Counted from the stretch's first letter, positions 54,033 to 63,317 are shown. The stretch: DNA of 64,000 bases from a virus (IMGVR_UViG_3300012943_000028:96001-160000); one strand, 5' to 3'. The notes: generated from the letters alone by a model not told the origin. Numbers and translations are program-made.

Positions 54033-55703
54033 ATGGGTTGTGACTGCGCCAAGGTCGAGCGCACTCCACTTTGGAGCGCAGTTCCAGAGTATCGGCAGCC
54101 GACTGAAATCCAGAAGGGTGAAAACATTGAGTGCTATGCAAAGCGCTCAGGGTCCCCCTCTGGCCAGAAGAACGACATTGGTTCTCAACCGATCAACAAG
54201 ATCAAGAACACCTCATTCACGTCAAGCTTGAGTGGTACAGTGAGCCAGACATTTGAGCTCACGCCAAACTCCACGCCAACTGGAACTGTTGTATGGCAGT
54301 TCGTCATCGACGGAATCAATCGCACTAACACAACGTTCCTAGGCATCTACTGGGATTCTAGTGGTGTCATTAGCGGAACGGTGGATGATGCATCTGCTAA
54401 CGTCGCCTATCAAGTTCTTGCGTCAGCATCGGATGACAATGGAAGTCTGGACTCTCGTGGCTTCACCTTCTTCCCAAAGAAGAATGCTGGCAAGGGCGAG
54501 ACGATCAAGTTTGTCATGCCTCTTATCGGCGGTACTGCAAGGGTAACGTGTGCATACGGACCACGTACACCTCCAGCTCCTGGCGCCAGCTCAATGCATA
54601 ATGGCATTGACCTTGCGCTAACAGATCACTCTCAAGGAACAATCGTGGCAGCCGCCGACGGTGTCGTCGTGAAGGCAGGACCAGCAACCGGATTTGGTAA
54701 TTGGGTTGTGATTGAACACTATGACTCTTCACGGCGCCTTGTCTGCACCACCGTCTATGGCCACATGAAGACCATTTTTGTCAATGTCGGTGATAAGGTT
54801 GCAGCAGGACAGAAGATTGCGCTTGAGGGAAATGAAGGCATTGGCTCTGGCATGCATCTTCACTTTGAAATTCACAAGGGTCAGTGGAGAGCACCAACTG
54901 ATCCAGTACCGTACCTCGACGGCACCATCGACGTTGCAAACAACAATGATCCAAACGTTGAGGGTCCTGATGGAACGCCAGAACCAACTGGGTATGATAC
55001 CGTTGTCACGTCAGATTCAGGTATGACGACTGATGAGGGCAATGCGACGAACAAATGTCCAGGAGATGCTGACACTCCAGAGGTTTCACCTGGTGTAGAT
55101 AGCGGTGCTCTTCCAGAAGATACTGCAATCGATGATCGTGCAATCCAAGGCATCGACAACCCGCCAACACCGCCAGTCAACAACGTTGGAAAGAACCGCA
55201 GCGCCTGCGCCCCGACAACAACACCATCATCTATGGATGTGATTACTGCAATTTGGCAGGCGTGTGACGAGGATATTGACATCACTGATGACGACAGAAC
55301 GTTCATTCAGACTGTGGCACAGATCGAAAGCAACCTTGATCCATATGCCAAAAACCCAACATCATCAGCAACTGGTCTCTACCAGTTCCTTGATGCCCTC
55401 GCCGTGAAGTACTACGGTGAGCTTGGTGTTCCTCCAACATGCGCTAACCGCTGCGACCCACTCATCGCCACGCGTGCAATGATCCTCTTTTACAAAGCAG
55501 AGATCAAGCCGTACTACCAAGAATTTATAAACACAGGTAAGATTGCCGGTAAAACACCAAAAAACACGGATTGGTCAGCTCAGTACGCAAAGCTAAGTTC
55601 AGGCGACTTCATGTACGGCCTAGTGCACCATGACGGTGTAGGAAATGCGGTGAAGGGAAAGGACCTTGGCGGCGTGGACTACTGGCGCAAGAAGGTCACG
55701 TAA
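54033..55703 (+). CDS. two-domain peptidoglycan hydrolase: M23 peptidase plus lytic transglycosylase
   Basis: M23 motifs HNGID, YGHM and HLHFE; SLT motif IESNLDPYAKNPTSSATGLYQF; N-terminal Ig-like segment. Confidence 0.85.
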   Translation: MGCDCAKVERTPLWSAVPEYRQPTEIQKGENIECYAKRSGSPSGQKNDIGSQPINKIKNTSFTSSLSGTVSQTFELTPNSTPTGTVVWQFVIDGINRTNTTFLGIYWDSSGVISGTVDDASANVAYQVLASASDDNGSLDSRGFTFFPKKNAGKGETIKFVMPLIGGTARVTCAYGPRTPPAPGASSMHNGIDLALTDHSQGTIVAAADGVVVKAGPATGFGNWVVIEHYDSSRRLVCTTVYGHMKTIFVNVGDKVAAGQKIALEGNEGIGSGMHLHFEIHKGQWRAPTDPVPYLDGTIDVANNNDPNVEGPDGTPEPTGYDTVVTSDSGMTTDEGNATNKCPGDADTPEVSPGVDSGALPEDTAIDDRAIQGIDNPPTPPVNNVGKNRSACAPTTTPSSMDVITAIWQACDEDIDITDDDRTFIQTVAQIESNLDPYAKNPTSSATGLYQFLDALAVKYYGELGVPPTCANRCDPLIATRAMILFYKAEIKPYYQEFINTGKIAGKTPKNTDWSAQYAKLSSGDFMYGLVHHDGVGNAVKGKDLGGVDYWRKKVT

Positions 55704-56184
55704 GAATCGACTTCAGATCGGCGATGAGCGGATACGGATGTCCGTGTTTGAAGCGCTTCCAATATTGCGGATGGTGATACTGCCAGAACAACTCGACGTT
55801 GGCGGTCTTCGACAGCCATTTCATGGCATTTCCACCTAGCGCAATCATTTCAATGGATGGTGGCAGGTGATCGAGAACTTGTGCCGAGATCGGCACTCCG
55901 TGCCGATCATATGCGTTAATCCACACAAGATCATGCTCATCAATTCCGGCTTGCTCTAGCTGAAGGTTCAACCAGCCTGAACAATTGAGAATGGAATAGA
56001 ACGGAGTGTGGTGGTAGTTTGCCTGAGTAGGCGCTCCAGGGCCGGGACGATCGCCAATGAGAAGCACCTTTGGTGCTTTCAATCGCTTGCCAGCTAGAAG
56101 CTTGAGGTACGTGTCCTTACGAACCCTAAGCCGGTGAAGAATTGCCCTCTTAGTATCTGAGGGCAGAGCGTCGTACACGCTCAT
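55696..56184 (-). CDS. uracil-DNA glycosylase superfamily protein
   Basis: LLIGDRPG, SG..L, WIN, IALGGNA and HHPQY correspond to UDG motifs A and B. Confidence 0.65.
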   Translation of the reverse strand: MSVYDALPSDTKRAILHRLRVRKDTYLKLLAGKRLKAPKVLLIGDRPGPGAPTQANYHHTPFYSILNCSGWLNLQLEQAGIDEHDLVWINAYDRHGVPISAQVLDHLPPSIEMIALGGNAMKWLSKTANVELFWQYHHPQYWKRFKHGHPYPLIADLKSILT

Positions 56185-56309
56185 TCAACAACGACGTCCT
56201 TGGTCTTCTTTTCGAGAATCTCGATGCGACGCTTCATCTCCTGAAGGCGCAGTGCGAGGTAGCCAATGCCGGCAAACAGAACAGCAATTGCGAGGTAAGT
56301 GTAGTTCAT
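56181..56309 (-). CDS. 42-aa single-pass membrane protein
   Basis: Not in the track. MNYTYLAIAVLFAGIGYLALRLQEMKRR...; SD AGGA; ATGA-coupled to the UDG-like gene. Confidence 0.65.
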   Translation of the reverse strand: MNYTYLAIAVLFAGIGYLALRLQEMKRRIEILEKKTKDVVVE

Positions 56310-56334
56310 GGAGTTGTCCTAGTGACCAAACACC

Positions 56335-56364
56335 ATTATATCTAGCAGCTACGACAGAGTAAAC
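56335..56364 (-). promoter_or_regulatory. sigma70-type early promoter
   Basis: GTTTACT-N17-TATAAT, the same -35 element as at 2706-2711. Confidence 0.75.
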
Positions 56365-57000
56365 TTAGAAGTGACCTTCGAACCACTGCTGCCATGAACC
56401 TGGGAAGTTCGATGGCTGGTAGAACCAACGTCCACCACCCTTAGGTTGAATGCAGACGTTCAGCTTGATCTGATACAGGTCGCTCACCAGAACTGGTGAG
56501 ATGACGGTGATGAAGTGTGGGCCGGCTGGAAAGAGAACAAGCGTACCACGTTGTGGTACGAGGCTGAAGTTGTGGACTGGGAATTCAAGCTTGCCGCCAA
56601 AGACCTCGAAGCGAGGATCGATAGGCACGTTCTCATTGAAGTCCTTCAGCCAGATGAAACCTACGAGGTCGACGTCCTTGTACTGTACCCACTTCTTGCG
56701 AACGAACTTTGCGTTCTCGCAACCTGGCTGCTCAGCTGGGACCTTGGCATTCTCTGGGTAGATTTGGAAGACAGGCTTTTCCAATCCACGGTACTCAGCG
56801 TTGTACGTATCTTCCACCTGCGGAACTAGCGCGCGAAAGCGTTCGGCGATCTCGATGTCCCACGACAGGTTGTGGCGCTCCATCTTCTTTGGGTTGCCAT
56901 CCTTGTCCGTGTCAGGAGCCCCCACGTGGATGCTCTCTACGATTCTCTCGCACGTGAGTGGTGATAGGAAGTCTTGAACGACGATGAACGGGCTTTTCAT
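56365..57000 (-). CDS. 2OG-Fe(II) oxygenase-fold protein, metal ligands apparently degenerate
   Basis: DFLSP..C, GGKLEFP and PQRGTLVLFP scaffold motifs are present; no HxD or distal H at the expected positions. Confidence 0.65.
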   Translation of the reverse strand: MKSPFIVVQDFLSPLTCERIVESIHVGAPDTDKDGNPKKMERHNLSWDIEIAERFRALVPQVEDTYNAEYRGLEKPVFQIYPENAKVPAEQPGCENAKFVRKKWVQYKDVDLVGFIWLKDFNENVPIDPRFEVFGGKLEFPVHNFSLVPQRGTLVLFPAGPHFITVISPVLVSDLYQIKLNVCIQPKGGGRWFYQPSNFPGSWQQWFEGHF

Positions 57001-57030
57001 GGTGCCTCTATGATATGATGAGTGGTCTAG

Positions 57031-57249
57031 TTACTTGCCTGGTCCGACAAACTTCCAGATTGCTCCAAAGATTGCTGAGATGACTACTGCAGCACCGATA
57101 GTTCTGTTCTTGATCTTATCGATGTTGTCTGCACGACCCTCAAGAACCGTGACACGACCATTCGTCTTGGTCACCTGTTCGAGAATCTTACCTTGCGATT
57201 CCTTGAGGTCCATAAGGGTCTCAAGGATCAATTCTTCATGCGATGCCAC
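57031..57249 (-). CDS. small coiled-coil protein with C-terminal TM helix (XhlA-like, holin candidate)
   Basis: TNGRVTVLE coiled coil followed by a TM helix; GTG start with AAGGA. Confidence 0.55.
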   Translation of the reverse strand: MASHEELILETLMDLKESQGKILEQVTKTNGRVTVLEGRADNIDKIKNRTIGAAVVISAIFGAIWKFVGPGK

Positions 57250-57263
57250 GATTACGTGTTCCT

Positions 57264-57911
57264 TTATGCTGTCTCTGCAGGCATTGTAGTAGGGAAATGC
57301 TTGTTGACTATTTCTGCTACATCATTGCCAAAGGTCACACGTGGAGAATCCTGGCCGTCTTCGAGTTTGAGAAATACTGGTACAAGGTCTGAGTCGCCGA
57401 ACGCAGCCATCACTCTGATGCGGTTGCCTTCCATGACTGGGAACTTGAATGACATGCCACCAAACTTGAAGTGCGCATGCTCAGCGACGATAGAGAGCTC
57501 ACTGACGGCGAGAGAGCTGTGTTCCATTGCAGCGTCATAGCTGAATGGAATTGCCATGTCAGATGAGAAATCCTTGATTGAGAACTCACCGCTAACTGGC
57601 GGTGGGAGAGACGCTGCAACAGCGTCTGAAGAAGGGATTGCAACAGTGAGCTCAGTTGGTGCTTCTGCTGGTGGAAGCTCAGGAGACGGAAGCGTCTCAA
57701 CTGGCGGAGGTGGTGGAAGTGGGTCTTCGGCTTTTACCGGAGCAGGCTCGACGGTAGAAGGCATGTCCTTATACGCACGTAGAAGGATGTGGCCATCAGC
57801 AGCTGTAAGCTTGTTGATCTGCGCACCATACGAGCGCAGCAAACACTCCACTGCTTCTTCAAAAGCGGTGGCATCAGATGGTGGGAGTTTGACGCTAACT
57901 ACAATACCCAT
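57264..57911 (-). CDS. Pro-rich hypothetical late protein
   Basis: ATG 57911 (MGIVVSV) after AAGGA; TAAATA at 57974-57979. Confidence 0.6.
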   Translation of the reverse strand: MGIVVSVKLPPSDATAFEEAVECLLRSYGAQINKLTAADGHILLRAYKDMPSTVEPAPVKAEDPLPPPPPVETLPSPELPPAEAPTELTVAIPSSDAVAASLPPPVSGEFSIKDFSSDMAIPFSYDAAMEHSSLAVSELSIVAEHAHFKFGGMSFKFPVMEGNRIRVMAAFGDSDLVPVFLKLEDGQDSPRVTFGNDVAEIVNKHFPTTMPAETA

Positions 57912-57912
57912 T

Positions 57913-58584
57913 TCAGATGTCCTTATAGAGCTTCTGATAAAACTCGTCAACGCGAGTCAACAGCGGCGTAACGTATTTAGTGAGATCGACACGGAATTCC
58001 TGCGGGAATCCGCCCGCCGATGTCATCAGGATAACACCGTCTTCAATCTCGGTGCCAAAAAGTTCATTGTGCATGATCGAGTAGGCGCAGATTTGCAGCC
58101 TGTAGTCCTCGATATCCTTCTGCGACTTGAGACGCATTGACGTTTTGAAGTCGATGATGCTTGGCTTTCCATCGTAGACACCAACGCAGTCAATTCTACC
58201 AGCTACCTCGATGAGGTCCGAATACATGGAGACCTCTTGTCCCCACACCTCATTGACCTTCTTCAGCTTGAGCTTGAGGGCGCCAAAGCCTGCCTTGTCC
58301 GCCTGCGTGAAGCTGTCGCCTGGCTGATCAAGCGGCTGTCCATTAAGGAAGCGCTCAGCAAGGAGGTGGACGTTCGTGCCGTTGTCTGCAGCGGCCTTTG
58401 TAACTTGGGCCGCCTTCACAGCGCCAAGAGAATTCTGCCATGACTTGAGAGCCTTGGCCTTTTCTTCTGGCATCGTACCACCAAGGATCGTCGTGATCGA
58501 TGGATAGTATTTTCCAGCGGGCGTTTCGTAGAACCGCATCCCATTGAATGGAACGGTCTCTAGCTGCGGATAGTCAAACTTCAT
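57913..58584 (-). CDS. PD-(D/E)xK exonuclease (phage Cas4/RecB-like)
   Basis: YPSITTIL, GTNVH, E, AGRIDC, IIDFKTS and Q..AY. Confidence 0.88.
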   Translation of the reverse strand: MKFDYPQLETVPFNGMRFYETPAGKYYPSITTILGGTMPEEKAKALKSWQNSLGAVKAAQVTKAAADNGTNVHLLAERFLNGQPLDQPGDSFTQADKAGFGALKLKLKKVNEVWGQEVSMYSDLIEVAGRIDCVGVYDGKPSIIDFKTSMRLKSQKDIEDYRLQICAYSIMHNELFGTEIEDGVILMTSAGGFPQEFRVDLTKYVTPLLTRVDEFYQKLYKDI

Positions 58585-58589
58585 GTGTC

Positions 58590-61500
58590 TTATAGCTTGC
58601 TGATTAGATCGTATGTTGATGATTCTGCCTGTGCATTAGGGGCCGATGTAACAGCACCTGGCGCAAGCTTGACAGCGTTCGTGAGAGCATCACGCGCCAT
58701 CTTCTGCTTGGAAACTACTGAGCTGTTCTTTGCGGCAACAAGACCTGGAGAGTTGCGGCTCTGAAGGGTCTTTGCCTGGTATGCGAACGAGCGGTTTGCC
58801 ATGAGGTCAAAGCCCATCATGATCAACATGTCGCTGATTGCCTGAAGGGTTGGGTTTGGGAACGAGAGCTCACCATCTTCAGCAAGCACCTGCTGGTGCG
58901 GCGTCACAGACTCTTCAGTCTTCTTTGGCTTCTCTTCGTCCTCATCCTCATCCTCATCCTCATCTTCGTCAGAGGACTCTTCGTTCTCATCTTCACCAGC
59001 GTCTTCATCCTCGTCAGACGATTCGTCATCTGACTTCTTTTTCTTAGACTTCTTCTCGATGACCTGGCCAAACTCATCACGCTCTTGACCATCGTCCTCA
59101 TCATCTTCTGATGACTCATCGCTCTCCTCATCAGAGGATTCCTCTGAGTCTAGACCGACGTCGCTCTCTTCACCACCCTCAACCTCATCACCGGTATCGT
59201 CACCCTCAATTGGCTCTTCACCAGTGAGGTCGACTGCTGCGGCGTCTGGGTCTGCGTCATGGAAAGCGAAGGTTGTTCCGGTGTCAACACCGAATGGGCT
59301 CTCACCGTCTGCTGGCGCCTCAGCTGAAGCGTTCATGCTTTCTGGCCATTCGACATCAACGATGTCAAACTTCTGAGCCAGCGTGTTGATTGCCTGCTCT
59401 ACGTCGTCTTCTTGACCGAGCAGCTGGCTCATTGCATTTTCGAAGTCCTGAGCCTGCGTGGCGTTCACGTAGACCTTGACAACGCTGCCATCATCGGTCT
59501 CGAGACCGTACGTGATGGTATCTACCTGGTCATTGATCTCATGGGCCTTGTCAAGGTAGCGGCTGATGTCAAGCTGGGTAACCTTGTCACCGATCTGCAC
59601 GTTGTTGCGAAGCTGGTTGAACTCTACGTCAGTGTTTGCCTTTGCGGTGTCATCAACGTCTGTGGCAAACTTCATGTCATTGACGTGTGCCCAGTCTTCG
59701 TTCATCGACTTGATAAGTGAGAAACTCTCTGGAACCTTTGGCGCCTTCTTCAACGCGCGCATCACGAACTTGTCACCGTCAGCATAGACAGTAGCGTACT
59801 CATAGCCGTTAGCCTTTAGCTTACGTGCAACGGCGTTTGCGATACCAGAGTCCGTATAGTCCTTGCGAATTGAAGAGCCGTCCTTCATGAGAACGCTCAC
59901 GATCTTGTTCAGCTCGTCATTTGACAGTGACTCACGCATTGGACCACCTGGTGCTGGGAACTTCATTGGCTTAACGAAGTTGCGCTTACGCTTGATGATC
60001 TCTTTACCACCCTGGAAGACACGCTTCGGCAGTGCGGCCACGTCTCCAGCAGAGGTTGTTGCGGCACCAGATGCACCGTCGTCCTCGCTGATTGACTTGA
60101 TGAGGTCGAATGATTCTTTCACTTCCGTATCTCCTTCGTTGAAGAGCGAGCTAATCGTTCTTCCATAGAGTGCCATGAGCAGCTGCGCTGCGGTTCGGCT
60201 CGATAGTACCTTTGAGATGATCTCGTTGATCTCTTTCTTTGTCTCAGCAAATGACGTGAGCGTACGCGCCATGACCTCAGGCGTGATGCCGATCTCCTTG
60301 CCAGTCTTAAGCTTGAGCTTGTATTCACCAGCTTCCTGCTTGAACTGCTTGAGGATACCGTCGATCTCGTTGAGAGCGCCTTTGAGAATTGAAGAGACCT
60401 TTGTTCTTGCGGCTGGAACGCTCTTGATATCAAGGTGATTTGCAAGAGCCAGCGCCGTGGATTCTGGATCGGACTTCTTGTAGTGCGTAAGGTAGCGCTT
60501 TGCCTGTGATGGCACTGAAAGTTCCTTAGCACCTAGCAGATCAGCAATGCGAATCTTTGCATCGCCGAAGACACCGCCTCTAGCTTCAAGAGGGGCCGTG
60601 GAATCTGATGTGCGAACTAGGCTTGAGATGCCGCTGCGCACGCCGGCATTGAACATGTTGATTGCGGTGAAGACGTCACGATCAACGATCTTAGACTGGT
60701 TGCCCGTGACTGGGTCACGGATGACAACGCCCTCAACACCAATATCTTCAGATGGGTGTAGCTGTGGGTCTTGCAGCATTGGCTTGATCTTGCGAACGAA
60801 CTTGTCAAGGAGCAGCTCCTTGATTGGCAGCTTATAGTCGTTGAGAATTTTTGCGTTGATCCTGTCACGCTCGGCCTTAGCCTCTGCACGCTCACCCTTT
60901 GGAACTGAAGTCAAGTTCATCTCTGCAACTTCACCGTTCGTCTTGTCTGAGAACGCGTCATTCGATGCTTCGACAAACGACTTCATCTGCTTGAGAAGCT
61001 TGATGGCTTCCTTTGTTTCAATGTGTTCAGCGGAGATTGGGTCGACCTTCGTGAACTTCCAAAGGAGCTGCTCATCCTTCTGATCGAGCTTCTCACCATC
61101 TTGCGATGAGACGATTGGAGAGGTAACAGTGACTTCCTTGCCATTCAGCGCATTGGCTAGGTTATGCACGCGCTCTTCAGGGGTGTTATGAATGCCACGA
61201 AGGATGACGATGAAGTTCTTTCCCTCTGCACCATACGTAACGGTGTTTGGCTGACGGCCGAAGAGAACTTCAATCTCTACGACATCGCCTTCCTTGAGGT
61301 ACTTGCGGATTGTAGGCTCTACCTTTTTAAGAGCCTGGTGGGCAGAACGAAACCCGTTGTATGCGCCGAGGAGCTTGTAGTCCTCTGCGTCGTAGAAGCG
61401 TCCGGTCTTTGAGGACTTGCCCTCACGAGATGTGTAGAGGCCCTTGTCATCGAGGCCGAACCAGAGGTTCGAACCGTCGAGCTTCTCTGTCACAATCTTA

Positions 61501-61601
61501 TCGCCAAGCGATTCTACGGCACGGATGAACTCCCTGACAGGCAGGTCTTCAATGTGCGTGATGCCTTCGGCCAAGATGATTGTGCGTAGCAGTTGTGTCA
61601 T
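58590..61601 (-). CDS. 1003-aa late protein: N-terminal ATP-dependent ligase-like nucleotidyltransferase plus acidic modular tail
   Basis: Motif I TEKLDG, SR, IEV, motif IV EGVVIRD and motif V KIVD; repeated xE|S sites; perfect late promoter. Confidence 0.65.
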   Translation of the reverse strand: MTQLLRTIILAEGITHIEDLPVREFIRAVESLGDKIVTEKLDGSNLWFGLDDKGLYTSREGKSSKTGRFYDAEDYKLLGAYNGFRSAHQALKKVEPTIRKYLKEGDVVEIEVLFGRQPNTVTYGAEGKNFIVILRGIHNTPEERVHNLANALNGKEVTVTSPIVSSQDGEKLDQKDEQLLWKFTKVDPISAEHIETKEAIKLLKQMKSFVEASNDAFSDKTNGEVAEMNLTSVPKGERAEAKAERDRINAKILNDYKLPIKELLLDKFVRKIKPMLQDPQLHPSEDIGVEGVVIRDPVTGNQSKIVDRDVFTAINMFNAGVRSGISSLVRTSDSTAPLEARGGVFGDAKIRIADLLGAKELSVPSQAKRYLTHYKKSDPESTALALANHLDIKSVPAARTKVSSILKGALNEIDGILKQFKQEAGEYKLKLKTGKEIGITPEVMARTLTSFAETKKEINEIISKVLSSRTAAQLLMALYGRTISSLFNEGDTEVKESFDLIKSISEDDGASGAATTSAGDVAALPKRVFQGGKEIIKRKRNFVKPMKFPAPGGPMRESLSNDELNKIVSVLMKDGSSIRKDYTDSGIANAVARKLKANGYEYATVYADGDKFVMRALKKAPKVPESFSLIKSMNEDWAHVNDMKFATDVDDTAKANTDVEFNQLRNNVQIGDKVTQLDISRYLDKAHEINDQVDTITYGLETDDGSVVKVYVNATQAQDFENAMSQLLGQEDDVEQAINTLAQKFDIVDVEWPESMNASAEAPADGESPFGVDTGTTFAFHDADPDAAAVDLTGEEPIEGDDTGDEVEGGEESDVGLDSEESSDEESDESSEDDEDDGQERDEFGQVIEKKSKKKKSDDESSDEDEDAGEDENEESSDEDEDEDEDEDEEKPKKTEESVTPHQQVLAEDGELSFPNPTLQAISDMLIMMGFDLMANRSFAYQAKTLQSRNSPGLVAAKNSSVVSKQKMARDALTNAVKLAPGAVTSAPNAQAESSTYDLISKL

Positions 61602-61626
61602 GTTTCCGGTGCCTGATTCAACAGAG

Positions 61627-61634
61627 TATTTATA
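61627..61634 (-). promoter_or_regulatory. late promoter TATAAATA
   Basis: Perfect T4 late consensus about 26 nt upstream of ATG 61601. Confidence 0.8.
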
Positions 61635-61661
61635 GCCTCAGGTCTGACAACGGACATAGAG

Positions 61662-61684
61662 GGAGGGGCCCTGTGGGCCCCTCC
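61662..61684 (-). terminator. GC-rich hairpin, probable terminator of the replication operon
   Basis: GGAGGGGCCC-3 nt-GGGCCCCTCC with a weak U-tract. Confidence 0.6.
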
Positions 61685-61707
61685 GTATGCGCATTTGCGC
61701 CAGCCGA

Positions 61708-61971
61708 TTAGCCTGCTGCGTCAGCAACAGTGCTTGGGGCTGCGGCAGGTGCTGCCTTCTCGGCGAGCTCCTTACCCACGCGCTCTGACAGTTCAGCGTC
61801 AAGTGCACGCAGGGCGGCCTCCGTCTTAGCGACGGCGAGGCGCTCGTCACCAAGCTGATTGCGCCACTCGGTGTGGATCGATACGAGGCGCTGTACGACC
61901 TCGCTGAAACCGGTGACTGGATGTTCGGTACCGTCGACCGTGATGGTCTTTGGTGCTTCTTGCTTCTGCAT
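61708..61971 (-). CDS. small coiled-coil hypothetical protein
   Basis: SD AGGAG; ITVDGTEH followed by a coiled coil. Confidence 0.7.
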   Translation of the reverse strand: MQKQEAPKTITVDGTEHPVTGFSEVVQRLVSIHTEWRNQLGDERLAVAKTEAALRALDAELSERVGKELAEKAAPAAAPSTVADAAG

Positions 61972-61988
61972 TGTGATCTCCTGTGGAA

Positions 61989-63317
61989 TTACGTATTCAT
62001 CAGATCGAGGACGCCACCGCCCTCTTTCGGTTTTTCAAACACTGTGCCGGTCGTGCTAAGCGTCGGTGCTGCCTTCCTCTTGAGCGCCAACCCACCAGCC
62101 TTTGACTTCAAAGACTTGATGAGAAGCGAGATTGGGTCCCAGCCCAAGAAGATACGCTTGCCGACACCTGTGCCGTTTCTGGCCTTGAGAATCTCAAAGT
62201 TGATCTCTCCAGAAGCCCGCATCAGGTCGTCTTGCTTGATGGCGACCGTGTAGTCGGATGTATTTATCTTGGAGATACCGCCCTGGATGTGACCTTGGTT
62301 TAGCTTCTCCGCCTCGATGGCGCTGCGACCGAGCTGAGAAGCCGAGATCATGATGCAGTCGAAATCGAATCCAAGGCTGCGAATTTCCTCGGTAACGTAC
62401 TTGTCCTTGACGAACAGGTTGTCGGACGAAATCTGCTGTGTCGTACCCATGATGTCGACGTAGTCGACGATGATGAAGTCCGGGCGGAAGCCGTGCTGCT
62501 GTTCGAGCTGAGTGATGTACGCACGAATCGTGTTGATGTTCGTGCGGTTTTCAGGCATACGCTTGATGAACAGACGACCCATGTTCTCTGAGGCAGCGCT
62601 GACCGCTGCTGCGGCCTTCTCAAGTTCCTTGAGCAGGTTTTCCTGAGCGATGTGTGTGATCATGGAGTCGAGGCGCTTTGACACCACGCCTTCTGCCATC
62701 TCTAGAGAGACGTAGACTCCGTTGAGACCGCGCGCAAGGAGGTTGCGCCCGAGGTTCAGCATCGTCATCGACTTACCACCGCCTGAGTTGGCGGCGAAGA
62801 GGATCAGCTCCTGACGGCCGAGACCACCACCAATAGCATCATCAAGTTCCTGCCAGCCGGTAGGAATGCGCGCATCGGTGATGAGCGTCTTTTCCATGCG
62901 CTCTTTCGGGTCCTTGAAGTAGTCGATGCCGGAATCCTTGATGAGGCCGACAGACACCGCTTCCTTGAAGAGCTCAATGATCTTGCCGTACTCGCCCTTC
63001 TGAACGAGCTCAGAACCTTTGACGAGGGCCTCAACTGCGGCCTGCTGCTGACAGAATGACTCGACTTCCTTTGAGACGTACTCTATGTCGGCTCGCGTGA
63101 TGGTCTCAGCGGCATCGAGGATCGATCCGGTTTCTGCTCGAATTGTCTGAACTTTTGGCACGTCCTTGTACTGAGCGAAGTACTCGCCCATGAACTTGAC
63201 CGTCTTCTTGAGGGACGGATCAAAGTATGACGGCTTCATGATAGCCGAGCACAGCGCCATCAAATCACGGTTGCTTGCGATGAGGCTAAGTACGAGGCGC
63301 TGCTTTTCTAGTTCCAT
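61989..63317 (-). CDS. gp41: replicative DnaB-like helicase, T4 gp41-like
   Basis: PTGWQELD, Walker A SGGGKS, SLEM, IIVDY, SASQLGR and KARNG. Confidence 0.95.
   Translation of the reverse strand: MELEKQRLVLSLIASNRDLMALCSAIMKPSYFDPSLKKTVKFMGEYFAQYKDVPKVQTIRAETGSILDAAETITRADIEYVSKEVESFCQQQAAVEALVKGSELVQKGEYGKIIELFKEAVSVGLIKDSGIDYFKDPKERMEKTLITDARIPTGWQELDDAIGGGLGRQELILFAANSGGGKSMTMLNLGRNLLARGLNGVYVSLEMAEGVVSKRLDSMITHIAQENLLKELEKAAAAVSAASENMGRLFIKRMPENRTNINTIRAYITQLEQQHGFRPDFIIVDYVDIMGTTQQISSDNLFVKDKYVTEEIRSLGFDFDCIMISASQLGRSAIEAEKLNQGHIQGGISKINTSDYTVAIKQDDLMRASGEINFEILKARNGTGVGKRIFLGWDPISLLIKSLKSKAGGLALKRKAAPTLSTTGTVFEKPKEGGGVLDLMNT

Noticed and set aside
57913-58584. Cas4-like nuclease as evidence of CRISPR-Cas
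   Set aside because: I saw no repeat-spacer array or other cas genes; solo exonucleases of this type are common in T4-like phages.
58935-58970. (TCCTCA)n microsatellite, and similar repeats at about 6545-6595
   Set aside because: In-frame hexamers encoding Asp-Glu tracts; low-complexity protein linkers rather than phase-variation elements.
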